Shown here in pieces: positions 50,190-58,408 of a stretch of 64,000 nt of DNA (its first letter is position 1; the number at the start of each line of letters is the position of its first letter). Made by a program: the position numbers and the translations under genes. The notes under the pieces were generated by a model, which saw only the letters and a program-made list of their open reading frames with translations, had not been told where the DNA came from and searched no databases. The stretch comes from Candidatus Cloacimonadota bacterium (GTDB lineage Bacteria > Cloacimonadota > Cloacimonadia > Cloacimonadales > TCS61): the NCBI GenBank assembly GCA_023137125.1, contig JAGLPW010000049.1, forward strand, positions 204 to 64,203, written 5' to 3'.

Positions 50190-50229
50190 AAAAACTCCTG
50201 CAGGCTAATCCCCTGAAGGAGTTTTTTTT
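50190..50229. terminator. strong bidirectional rho-independent terminator
   Basis: AAAAACTCCTGCAGG-ctaatc-CCTGAAGGAGTTTTTTTT: 14 of 15 bp pair in the stem, with an A-run before and a T8 run after. Confidence 0.75.
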
Positions 50230-50252
50230 ATCTCAGGGCATTGCCCTGAGAT
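50230..50252. promoter_or_regulatory. 23-bp perfect palindrome ATCTCAGGGCA-T-TGCCCTGAGAT
   Basis: 11-bp arms around a single central base, directly after the terminator and 36 nt before the Sak4-like start codon. Confidence 0.5.
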
Positions 50253-50287
50253 CTGTATAAAAATTCACAAAAAAAAAGGAGGGAAAT

Positions 50288-51316
50288 ATGCAAGACCAAG
50301 ACTTATCGTTTGAAAAAGCAGTAAAGTCAAAGTTGAAACTGCGCCTGGCAATTATCGGTCCCAGCGGCAGCGGGAAAACCTACACCTCTCTTCTGCTAGC
50401 TTCGGGACTGTCTAAGAAAATTGCCCTGTTAGACACCGAGAGAGGATCGGCAAAAAAGTATGCCGATCTTTTTAAATTCAGCGTACTGGAACTGGAAAAT
50501 TTCCATCCGGATAACTTTATCGAAGCTATCAAAAGTGCAGAAGCACAAAAATTCGATCTGCTCATCATTGATTCACTCTCCCATGCCTGGAACGGGCATA
50601 ATGGAGCTCTGGAACTGGTCGACAAAGCTGCGGCAAGATTGAAGAGCACCAGCAGTTTCGCTGCCTGGAGGGAGGTGACACCTCTGCACAATAAGATGAT
50701 CGATGCAATTCTGAGGGCAGATCTGCATATTATCGTAACTATGCGCGCTAAGACAGAATACTCCCTGGAGAAAGAAAATGAAAAAAGCGTGGTCAGGAAG
50801 GTCGGCATGCAGCCGATACAGCGTGAAGGACTTGAGTATGAATTTGATATTGTGGGTGATATGGATCTGACCAGCACCATGGTTATCAGCAAGACACGTT
50901 GTCCTATTCTGCAGCAGTCGGTGATCCAAAAACCTGGCAAGGAGCTGGCTAAAACTATTCTGAAATGGCTGAACAGCGGAGAGCCTGTAAAGAAGAAGGT
51001 AGTATCTGCAGGAGATAAACGAGAGAGGGACAGATTGATCAAGAATATCAAAACCAAAATGGAGGAGTTGAATGAGAAGAATTTCATCACAGTCAAAAAA
51101 CTGAGCGAGTTCGGAGATAAGATCAAAGATCCCAAAGCAACTGTCGGGATGCTTAAGTTCCTGGAAAAACAACTGCTGCTGATCGACCGACTCGATCAGA
51201 TAAAGGCCACAATTTCCCAGCAGCAGCGGAAAAGTTTCTATCGGAAAATACTGGCAACGAACACCCAGGACGTAAAAGCCTTAGAGAAGGAATTGAAAAT
51301 AATGGAGGCAGCATGA
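50288..51316 (+). CDS. Sak4-like RecA-fold ATPase (AAA_24-type phage recombination protein) with coiled-coil C-terminal extension
   Basis: Walker A GPSGSGKT and Walker B LLIIDSLSHAW. Domain of about 230 aa followed by a tail of about 110 aa. Confidence 0.72.
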   Translation: MQDQDLSFEKAVKSKLKLRLAIIGPSGSGKTYTSLLLASGLSKKIALLDTERGSAKKYADLFKFSVLELENFHPDNFIEAIKSAEAQKFDLLIIDSLSHAWNGHNGALELVDKAAARLKSTSSFAAWREVTPLHNKMIDAILRADLHIIVTMRAKTEYSLEKENEKSVVRKVGMQPIQREGLEYEFDIVGDMDLTSTMVISKTRCPILQQSVIQKPGKELAKTILKWLNSGEPVKKKVVSAGDKRERDRLIKNIKTKMEELNEKNFITVKKLSEFGDKIKDPKATVGMLKFLEKQLLLIDRLDQIKATISQQQRKSFYRKILATNTQDVKALEKELKIMEAA

Positions 51317-52194
51317 AGATCACCAATAACAACGGCATTCCTGAGCCGATCGTCCGGGCGATCAAAAAAGGGTGGTACAGCGGGGCTGGTGCAAAACATT
51401 ATTGCAGTGTAACCGAGCTACTTAAACCTGAGAAAATGTTTGTTCTGGAACAAAGATACAGGGATACGATCAACCAGGAAGCTTCGGATCTTATTTGGAG
51501 TCTTATGGGGAGTGCGATGCATAGGGTGCTTGAAGCATCGGAGACAAAAAACACATTGAATGAGGAGAGATTATTTGCTACTGTGAACGGTAAGATCATC
51601 TCCGGTGGTATTGATCTATATGAGAACGGGATCATCTCAGATTTCAAATTCACCAGCGTCTGGCAATATCTTTATAAAAGTGGAATTACTCTATGGGAAC
51701 AACAATTAAATCTCTATTCATATCTCTATCAGTCAGCAGGATTCGAGGTCGATAAGTTGCAGATAATAATGATCTTTAAAGATTTTTCAGCAGCTAAGTG
51801 TAAATATGAAAAGAACTATCCTCAGCAAGTGGAGGTCATCCCGATCGAAAAATGGGATCTATCATGGTGCCGGCACTTTATTGCGCAAAAATTGGATAAA
51901 TTGGAACGCGCACTCTCCCTTTCTGATGATGATATCCCCGCATGCTCACCACAGGAGCGCTGGCAGGATCCGCAAAAATATGCTGTGATGAAAAAGGGCA
52001 ATAAAAGAGCGCTGAAACTCTTCGATTCAAAAGAATCCGCCACCAGATTCATCTCTTCACATAAGGATAAGAAAAGGCTTTTTATAGATATCCGCGAGTC
52101 GATCCCCAGAAGGTGTAATTACTGTGTTGTAAATAGATTCTGTAATTTTTATCAGACCTACAAAAATATGAAAGATAATTTAAAAACGGCTTAA
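51313..52194 (+). CDS. Cas4-like PD-(D/E)XK exonuclease with Fe-S cysteine pattern
   Basis: Motifs GGIDLYE, ISDFK and QLNLYSYL (RecB-family QxxxY). Cys31 plus C-terminal CNYCVVNRFC gives the Cas4-type C...CxxCx5C arrangement. Confidence 0.68.
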   Translation: MKITNNNGIPEPIVRAIKKGWYSGAGAKHYCSVTELLKPEKMFVLEQRYRDTINQEASDLIWSLMGSAMHRVLEASETKNTLNEERLFATVNGKIISGGIDLYENGIISDFKFTSVWQYLYKSGITLWEQQLNLYSYLYQSAGFEVDKLQIIMIFKDFSAAKCKYEKNYPQQVEVIPIEKWDLSWCRHFIAQKLDKLERALSLSDDDIPACSPQERWQDPQKYAVMKKGNKRALKLFDSKESATRFISSHKDKKRLFIDIRESIPRRCNYCVVNRFCNFYQTYKNMKDNLKTA

Positions 52195-52207
52195 GGAGGA
52201 AAATATT

Positions 52208-52333
52208 ATGGCCAAAGTTAGAAGTATCATCGTTGAGATCATCAGAGAGCTCAGCTTCCTGATCTGGACAATACTGCAGGAGAGAAGAGAAAATCGGAAA
52301 AGAGATCCTGCGAAAAAGAGGAGAATGAGATGA
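52208..52333 (+). CDS. possible 41-aa basic peptide
   Basis: AAGGAGGA RBS 6 nt upstream. Sequence MAKVRSIIVEIIRELSFLIWTILQERRENRKRDPAKKRRMR. Its stop overlaps the next start codon (ATGA). Confidence 0.3.
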   Translation: MAKVRSIIVEIIRELSFLIWTILQERRENRKRDPAKKRRMR

Positions 52334-53079
52334 AGGAGAAAGAAGACATGCCAATGTTGAGCGATGTACTTAGAATGGTTGACAGAAACAAAGTTATAGG
52401 TGATCTAAGAAATAAACACTATCATCAGGTAGCTTACAATAATTCAAGGACAATCATCAAATATGTGGAAAATGATGTTGTATTAACAGCTTTCGCTTAT
52501 AATCCGGGTAATGCTGTTGTAATCTTTCCCAAGGCTAATAAACAGCTAATTGCATATAGTTCATATTTTGACGGCTTTCCTAGTGGACAATGCTATTCCT
52601 GTTTTCATTGGAGCAAGATGGATATGAAAATGGCAATTACTCTGATCAAACAAGATATCTGGGAAAGATCGGATCATTGTGAAGATGTAATATACGAAGA
52701 TACATCATATGCTTCACAGTGGGAGGAACTGGCAACAGGGAATATCGAATATACATCATCATATAGTAACTCAACATTAACCATCAGAAATTTCAAGAAA
52801 ACTTACAATAATTACATCTACAATCGTAACTATACGATCTATAGACTCACTTCTGGAAAACTGAGAGTTGAGGTGGATGGAAAATACTATTCCTATGAAG
52901 AGTTCATTAATATCATCATGTTCTTCCGCAATCACAAAATTGATGAGTCTGTTATCATCGTAGAAGTACCTAAATTAAATACCTGGCAGAAGGTGTTATC
53001 AATAGATGACTTGAACAATGACATATTAGATCAACTCAAAGTGCAGGCAATTTCCAAAAAGATGAAAGAAGCCGCTTAG
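52330..53079 (+). CDS. hypothetical protein
   Basis: 249-aa ORF, Tyr/Asn-rich, with no recognised motif. Confidence 0.5.
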   Translation: MKEKEDMPMLSDVLRMVDRNKVIGDLRNKHYHQVAYNNSRTIIKYVENDVVLTAFAYNPGNAVVIFPKANKQLIAYSSYFDGFPSGQCYSCFHWSKMDMKMAITLIKQDIWERSDHCEDVIYEDTSYASQWEELATGNIEYTSSYSNSTLTIRNFKKTYNNYIYNRNYTIYRLTSGKLRVEVDGKYYSYEEFINIIMFFRNHKIDESVIIVEVPKLNTWQKVLSIDDLNNDILDQLKVQAISKKMKEAA

Positions 53080-53128
53080 GAGTAGATATATAGGCTAAAA
53101 GCTAATAAGCAAAAGCTAAAAGAGTAAT

Positions 53129-53152
53129 ACCGGAGTTATCCGGTTTTTTTTT
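53129..53152 (+). terminator. rho-independent terminator
   Basis: ACCGGA-gtta-TCCGGT followed by T9. Confidence 0.7.
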
Positions 53153-53186
53153 ATGTCAAAAAACAAATAAAAAAGGAGAAAAAAAT

Positions 53187-54194
53187 ATGAGAGCAAAACA
53201 ATTACGTGAAACGTTGGAGTTTTCAATAAAAAATAGATTTCCCGTATTAATTAAGGGATCGCCTGGTATTGGGAAAACGGACATTGTCACTCAGTCCAGT
53301 GCTGCAATGGGGGCTGATTTAATAGTAAGTCACCCGGTAGTATCTGATCCTACAGATTTCAAAGGACTGCCATTCCCCAATAAAGATGGGTCAGCGGCAA
53401 AATTCTTACCATTTGGAGATCTGCTAAGGCTAATTGAGGCAGATAAACCGACAGTGTTCTTTCTAGACGATCTGGGACAAGCATCAGCCAGCGTGCAGGC
53501 GGCAGCCATGCAGCTGCTTTTAGCACGCCGGATCAATGGACATGCAGTTTCTGATCATGTGGTATTCCTGGCAGCAACAAACAGGAGACAAGATAGGGCA
53601 GCGGTCCAAGGCATCCTAGAGCCGGTGAAGAGTCGATTTGCAGCGATTTTGGAATTAGAGGTAAACACAGATGATTGGGTGGAATGGGCAATTGAGAATG
53701 ATATGCCAACAGAGCTTATTGCCTTTATCAGATTCCGACCGAATTTACTTCACGATTTCAAACCCACAGCAGATATCATAAATACACCCAACCCAAGAAC
53801 TGTTGCCAATGTTGGGAAAATGATGAATGCTGGTCTACCTAAAGATACAGAATACGAAATGATCTCTGGAGCTGCAGGAGAAGCATTTGCTACTGAGTTT
53901 TTGGGATTTTTAAAAGTCTATCGGGATCTTCCTGATATAGATAAACTGATCGCTGATCCTGAGAATACAGATGTGCCTAATGAACCCAGTACACTTTTCG
54001 CAGTGTGTGGAGCATTATCGGCATCTGCAGCTGCCAATAAGAAGAACTTTGGCAATATAATCAAATACACCGATCGATTACCAGGTGAGTTCCAGGTATT
54101 ACTAATTAAAGATGCCATAAAACGTAATAATTTGCTGGCAAATACCAAGGAATTTTCCCAGTGGGCCATTAAGCATTCTGACGTAATTTTGTAA
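53187..54194 (+). CDS. MoxR/CobS-type AAA+ ATPase (AAA_5-like)
   Basis: Walker A GSPGIGKT and Walker B VFFLDDLGQA. Single AAA+ module of about 335 aa. Confidence 0.8.
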   Translation: MRAKQLRETLEFSIKNRFPVLIKGSPGIGKTDIVTQSSAAMGADLIVSHPVVSDPTDFKGLPFPNKDGSAAKFLPFGDLLRLIEADKPTVFFLDDLGQASASVQAAAMQLLLARRINGHAVSDHVVFLAATNRRQDRAAVQGILEPVKSRFAAILELEVNTDDWVEWAIENDMPTELIAFIRFRPNLLHDFKPTADIINTPNPRTVANVGKMMNAGLPKDTEYEMISGAAGEAFATEFLGFLKVYRDLPDIDKLIADPENTDVPNEPSTLFAVCGALSASAAANKKNFGNIIKYTDRLPGEFQVLLIKDAIKRNNLLANTKEFSQWAIKHSDVIL

Positions 54195-54211
54195 AAAAAA
54201 TAGGAGGAAAT

Positions 54212-55063
54212 ATGTTAAATGATAAAGCTATGATCGTATATCTTAATATCAGTTTCTGGACTGCCCGTAAATATGATAAGAGGGTGTCGCAGGAGATCGA
54301 GAGACAATATAATGCCGATGAAGCCGGCAGATACAATAAGGTTCTTATCGCCAAGGAGCATCTGTCCAATATCAGAAAAATTATCTCATCTGCCAGAACT
54401 TTTCATTATGAGAATACAGTGCCCTGGGATGATCATGGAGGTAGATTATTACCCACTTCAAACTACTTTGATTATCTAAACGGTTTACGCACTTACCAGG
54501 ATGAGTTTGAGAGAGAGACTGCAAACTTTTTATTAGTCTATCCCAGTCTCAAATATGAGGCCAGTCTAAGGCTGAATGCCCTGTACGAAGAGGAAGATTA
54601 TCCCGATGTTGAAACTCTAAAAACTAAATATGCATTTACTAACCAGATTACACCCGTACCGGATGCTGATGACTTCAGAGTGAACCTAAGTAGTGATGAA
54701 GTTGATTCTATCAGAGACTCTATTGAACAACAGGTAAAGGATTCAACTGAAGCTGGCATGCATGATCTTTGGAAGAGATTATTCAAAGTAGTAGAGAACA
54801 TGGTGGAGAGGTTGAAAGATCCGGACCATAAATTCAAGAACAGTCTGGTTGAGAACATAGAAAATCTATGTGAGTTGTTACCTAAGCTCAACATCACCAA
54901 TGATCCTGATCTGGATACAGCAGTGGATGAAATTCAATCCAAGCTGACAATGAACAATCCGCAGACACTCCGAGAAAACAGCATGGTTCGCAATAGAACA
55001 GCTCAAGCTGCTCAGGAAATACTTAATAAAATGCGGCATTATCAGATACAGACAGCAGCTTAA
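54212..55063 (+). CDS. hypothetical protein sandwiched between AAA+ and VWA genes
   Basis: 283 aa with a GGAGGA RBS. It may belong to an uncharacterised family that accompanies CobS/CobT-like pairs; I cannot verify this. Confidence 0.5.
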   Translation: MLNDKAMIVYLNISFWTARKYDKRVSQEIERQYNADEAGRYNKVLIAKEHLSNIRKIISSARTFHYENTVPWDDHGGRLLPTSNYFDYLNGLRTYQDEFERETANFLLVYPSLKYEASLRLNALYEEEDYPDVETLKTKYAFTNQITPVPDADDFRVNLSSDEVDSIRDSIEQQVKDSTEAGMHDLWKRLFKVVENMVERLKDPDHKFKNSLVENIENLCELLPKLNITNDPDLDTAVDEIQSKLTMNNPQTLRENSMVRNRTAQAAQEILNKMRHYQIQTAA

Positions 55064-55073
55064 GGATTTGTGT

Positions 55074-56186
55074 ATGGAAACTTCTAAAAGAAAATTGACC
55101 AAAGCGAGAGCGGGGCTGGTATTATCCAGCCCTTTCTTTGCTTCCCTTGCTCTACAGCTTAAATTGATAGAGGATCAGGAATGTGCAACAGCCTATACCG
55201 ACTCTGTTGTTCTGGGCTATAATCCGGAATTTATTGCTAAGCTCTCCAATGCTGAATTAAAGGGAGTGATCTGTCACGAGGTTCTGCATATCGCTATGCT
55301 TCATCCATTCCGTAGAGCTGGGCGTGACCAGATGATTTGGAATATTGCCTGCGATTATGCTATCAATCCTATTGTTAAAGAAGCAGGATTTTCTCTGCCG
55401 GCAGGAGCGCTGCTCGATGATAGATACAAAGGTAGAGAAGCAGAAGTGATCTACAATATGCTTCCCAAACAATTACCGGAAGACTTAAATTTAATTGGAG
55501 AGGTGAGAGATTACAAACAGGATAAGAGTGATATGAAATCAAATACTGTAAAGCATCAGGAGAAGAACTGGAAAATAACTTTATCAGGAGCTGCAGGAAT
55601 AGCTAAAGCTCAAGGTAAATTACCGGCAAGGTTGGATAGGATGATAAAGGAGATGTTGCAACCGAAGCTGCCTTGGGGAGAAATATTATCCAGGTTCATA
55701 ACAGAAAATGCTAAGAATGATTTCACCTGGACACAACCGAATAAGCGGTATTTGTACTCTGGATTATACTTACCAGGACTTAATGTTCCTACTCTTGGGA
55801 CTATTGCTGTTATTGTAGATACTAGTGGTTCGATATCGCAGAAAGAGCTTGATACATTTTCCTCTGAACTGCAATCGATCCTTCATATCTATCCGGGAAC
55901 TGAGATAAAAGTGATCTATGTCGACACTAAAGTAGCTCACACACAGACTATAGATATCTATGACTTCAAGCTAAACGCCAAGGGTGGAGGGGGAACAGAC
56001 TTTAAGCCTGGCTTTGAGTACATAGAGAAAGAAGCTGTTATGCCTTCTTGTGTTATCTATTTCACCGATGGTTGGTGCGACTCATTTCCCCAAGCACCGG
56101 ATTATCCAACGCTCTGGGTGTCAACTGACAGAATAAATTTCAAACCACCATTTGGTGAAGTGATCTATATAGAACAGCGGGAGTAA
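55074..56186 (+). CDS. putative metallopeptidase (HExxH, DUF2201_N-like) fused to VWA domain
   Basis: ICHEVLHIAMLH and WNIACDYAIN at the N-terminus, with the MIDAS motif IVDTSGSIS in the C-terminal half. I set the start at ATG 55074, which has an AAGGA RBS. Confidence 0.8.
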   Translation: METSKRKLTKARAGLVLSSPFFASLALQLKLIEDQECATAYTDSVVLGYNPEFIAKLSNAELKGVICHEVLHIAMLHPFRRAGRDQMIWNIACDYAINPIVKEAGFSLPAGALLDDRYKGREAEVIYNMLPKQLPEDLNLIGEVRDYKQDKSDMKSNTVKHQEKNWKITLSGAAGIAKAQGKLPARLDRMIKEMLQPKLPWGEILSRFITENAKNDFTWTQPNKRYLYSGLYLPGLNVPTLGTIAVIVDTSGSISQKELDTFSSELQSILHIYPGTEIKVIYVDTKVAHTQTIDIYDFKLNAKGGGGTDFKPGFEYIEKEAVMPSCVIYFTDGWCDSFPQAPDYPTLWVSTDRINFKPPFGEVIYIEQRE

Positions 56187-56199
56187 TATCCCGTTGTTC
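56172..56199 (+). terminator. hairpin spanning the stop codon of the VWA gene
   Basis: GAACAGCGGG-agtaatat-CCCGTTGTTC (9 of 10 bp pair). The T-run is displaced by about 20 nt. Confidence 0.4.
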
Positions 56200-56521
56200 T
56201 ATTATCAGTCTGAATTCTTTTTTTAGTTATCAGCCGATATGTGCTTTTCCGTACTTCATATTTCTATTTATCTTATATGACTATATTATTTTCTGATTGA
56301 CTATTAAGTTACATTTAAGCAATTTTGGATAAGCAAATTGATGAAAAGGGAAATGATTTTTTAAAAGTGCGTCATAACTCCGATATTGAAGTTATGACGA
56401 ACCTTTTTGGTGTAACTATAGGTTGGTTATGCGCACCTTATATAAGGGCGCAGCGTGCATATGTTAGCAGCAAATTTGTTATAATGATAATTAGAGTTTA
56501 GTAAAAAGTAATAGGGAGAAT

Positions 56522-58303
56522 ATGATGGAAGAATTAAAAAAAATCATAATAAAGCACGTTAATTTTACTGAGTATGCAAAAAATAGGATTTTAATTTTAT
56601 TAATCTTAATTATGAGTTGTTCTACACTGTTTTCTCAAATACCTTGTGATACACTTTGGACTAAGACAATTGGAGGTACTTCAAGTGAATATGGTAGCTC
56701 CATTCAACAAACAAACGATGGGGGATATATTATTTCTGGCAGAACATACTCTTATGGAGCAGGTAATACTGATGCATGGCTCATCAAAACTGATGAACAG
56801 GGCAATGTTGATTGGTTTCAAACATATGGAGATACAGGGCCAGATCAAGCTAATTGTATTAAACAAACAATAGATGGTGGGTATATCTTAACAGGCAGCA
56901 AATATATTTTTGATGAGTCAGATTCTGACCTTTGGCTTGTTAAAACTGATGAGTATGGGAATATAGAATGGGAACAGACTTATGGTGATATAGAATATGA
57001 TTCAGGTTGGTCTGTCGTTCAAACATTGGATGAGAATTATGTTGTTGCAGGATGTACAACTGATGATTTTTATACTGATAATACTTTAGGGTGGGTTTTA
57101 AAAACAGATTCTCAAGGAAATGAAATATGGAATACTATTTTTGGAACATATTTGACATCTGATGTTTTTAAATCTTTAGAGAAAACTTTAGATGGAGGAT
57201 ATATTCTTGCTGGAGGTAAGCCATATTATACATATTCTCCACAAGATGCTTGGTTAGTAAAAATAGATGAAGAAGGTAATCAAGAGTGGGAAGGATATTT
57301 TGGAGATGAAGGCTATGATCATTTCAGCAGTGTAATCCAAACAACAGATGGTGGTTATATTATGGCAGGATCTCTCGACACAGCACCTTTTGGTGACGGT
57401 TATTATAAAGCTTGGCTTGTCAAAGCTGACTCTTATGGTAATTTTGAATGGGAACAGACCTATGGTGACAGTGATGAATATAATGCAGGAAGATCAGCAA
57501 TGCAGACATTAGATGAAGGATATTTTTTGTCTGGTTGGATTGAAAATATAGGATCGCAAAGAGATATTTTTTTAATGAAAACAGATTGTAATGGTAATAT
57601 TCAAGCTGTAGTTGATTTTGGAGGTAATAATAATGACGCGGCTTATGCAGCAATAACTTCTAACGATGGCAGCTACATTATTACTGGCTACACAATTTCC
57701 TATGGTGCAGGAAGTTCTGATTTATGGTTGTTAAAAATTGGGAGTATTTATGCTGATTTTTCAGCAAATCCAATATCTGGTTATGTTCCCTTAGAAGTCC
57801 AATTTGAAGATCAATCATATGGTGATATATCAAGCTGGCAATGGGATTTTGATAATGATGGAATTATTGATTCCAATGAGCAGAATCCAACTTACACATA
57901 TTCCACAGCAGGATTATATACAGTTTCATTAACAGTATCGGATGGGACAAATACTGATACTGAGATAAAAGTGGATTATATTAATGTAAGCTTTACAGGA
58001 ATAGAAAGTGAAACGATTTCTTTAGAAACAATTCTTCTTAGTAATTACCCCAATCCGTTCAACCCCACTACAACAATATCCTTCTCAATTTCAAATGAAA
58101 GTAAAATTGATATTTCCATTTACAATATAAAAGGACAAAAAGTAAAAACACTGATGAATGAATCTTTTGAAAAAGGTTCCCATTCAATTATCTGGGATGG
58201 TGAGGATGAAACAGGAAATTCTGTAAGTTCAGGAATTTATTATTATAAGTTGAAAATGAATGGTAAAATTGAAGCAGTAAGGAAGTGTTTACTACTGAAA
58301 TGA
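56522..58303 (+). CDS. T9SS-sorted surface protein: seven ~52-aa propeller-like repeats + PKD domain + C-terminal sorting domain
   Basis: Signal peptide present. The repeats follow DGGYI..G....G..D.WL.K.D..GN..W..T.G. The PKD-like segment is VPLEVQFEDQS...YTVSLTVSDG. The CTD is NYPNPFNPTTTISF...SGIYYYKL...RKCLLLK. Confidence 0.82.
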   Translation: MMEELKKIIIKHVNFTEYAKNRILILLILIMSCSTLFSQIPCDTLWTKTIGGTSSEYGSSIQQTNDGGYIISGRTYSYGAGNTDAWLIKTDEQGNVDWFQTYGDTGPDQANCIKQTIDGGYILTGSKYIFDESDSDLWLVKTDEYGNIEWEQTYGDIEYDSGWSVVQTLDENYVVAGCTTDDFYTDNTLGWVLKTDSQGNEIWNTIFGTYLTSDVFKSLEKTLDGGYILAGGKPYYTYSPQDAWLVKIDEEGNQEWEGYFGDEGYDHFSSVIQTTDGGYIMAGSLDTAPFGDGYYKAWLVKADSYGNFEWEQTYGDSDEYNAGRSAMQTLDEGYFLSGWIENIGSQRDIFLMKTDCNGNIQAVVDFGGNNNDAAYAAITSNDGSYIITGYTISYGAGSSDLWLLKIGSIYADFSANPISGYVPLEVQFEDQSYGDISSWQWDFDNDGIIDSNEQNPTYTYSTAGLYTVSLTVSDGTNTDTEIKVDYINVSFTGIESETISLETILLSNYPNPFNPTTTISFSISNESKIDISIYNIKGQKVKTLMNESFEKGSHSIIWDGEDETGNSVSSGIYYYKLKMNGKIEAVRKCLLLK

Positions 58304-58309
58304 AAAGAA

Positions 58310-58386
58310 TGCTGCTAACAAAAGTGTCAGTGCTCAGATTGAAAGAAAATATGAAAGAGCACCGCACACTCTAAACATTAGCAGCA
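58310..58386 (+). repeat. structured intergenic element, copy 1
   Basis: The outer arms TGCTGCTAA / TTAGCAGCA enclose an inner imperfect stem GTGTCAGTGCTC / GAGCACCGCACAC. Confidence 0.6.
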
Positions 58387-58408
58387 ACTCAGTAAGTCGG
58401 AGGAAAAG

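Noticed and set aside
50380-51172. Two long antisense ORFs (251 aa and 199 aa on the minus strand) across the Sak4-like gene
   Set aside because: The plus-strand frame carries clear Walker A/B motifs and a proper RBS. The antisense translations are low-complexity Ser/Leu-rich with no motifs or RBS, so they look like shadow ORFs produced by codon bias.
44587-56520. att-like direct repeats flanking the phage-derived island
   Set aside because: Comparing 44587-44811 and 45187-45370 with 56200-56520 by eye gave only 7-8-mers such as TCTGATT and TATTTTCT, which is within chance for AT-rich DNA. A computed repeat search is needed before claiming any boundaries.
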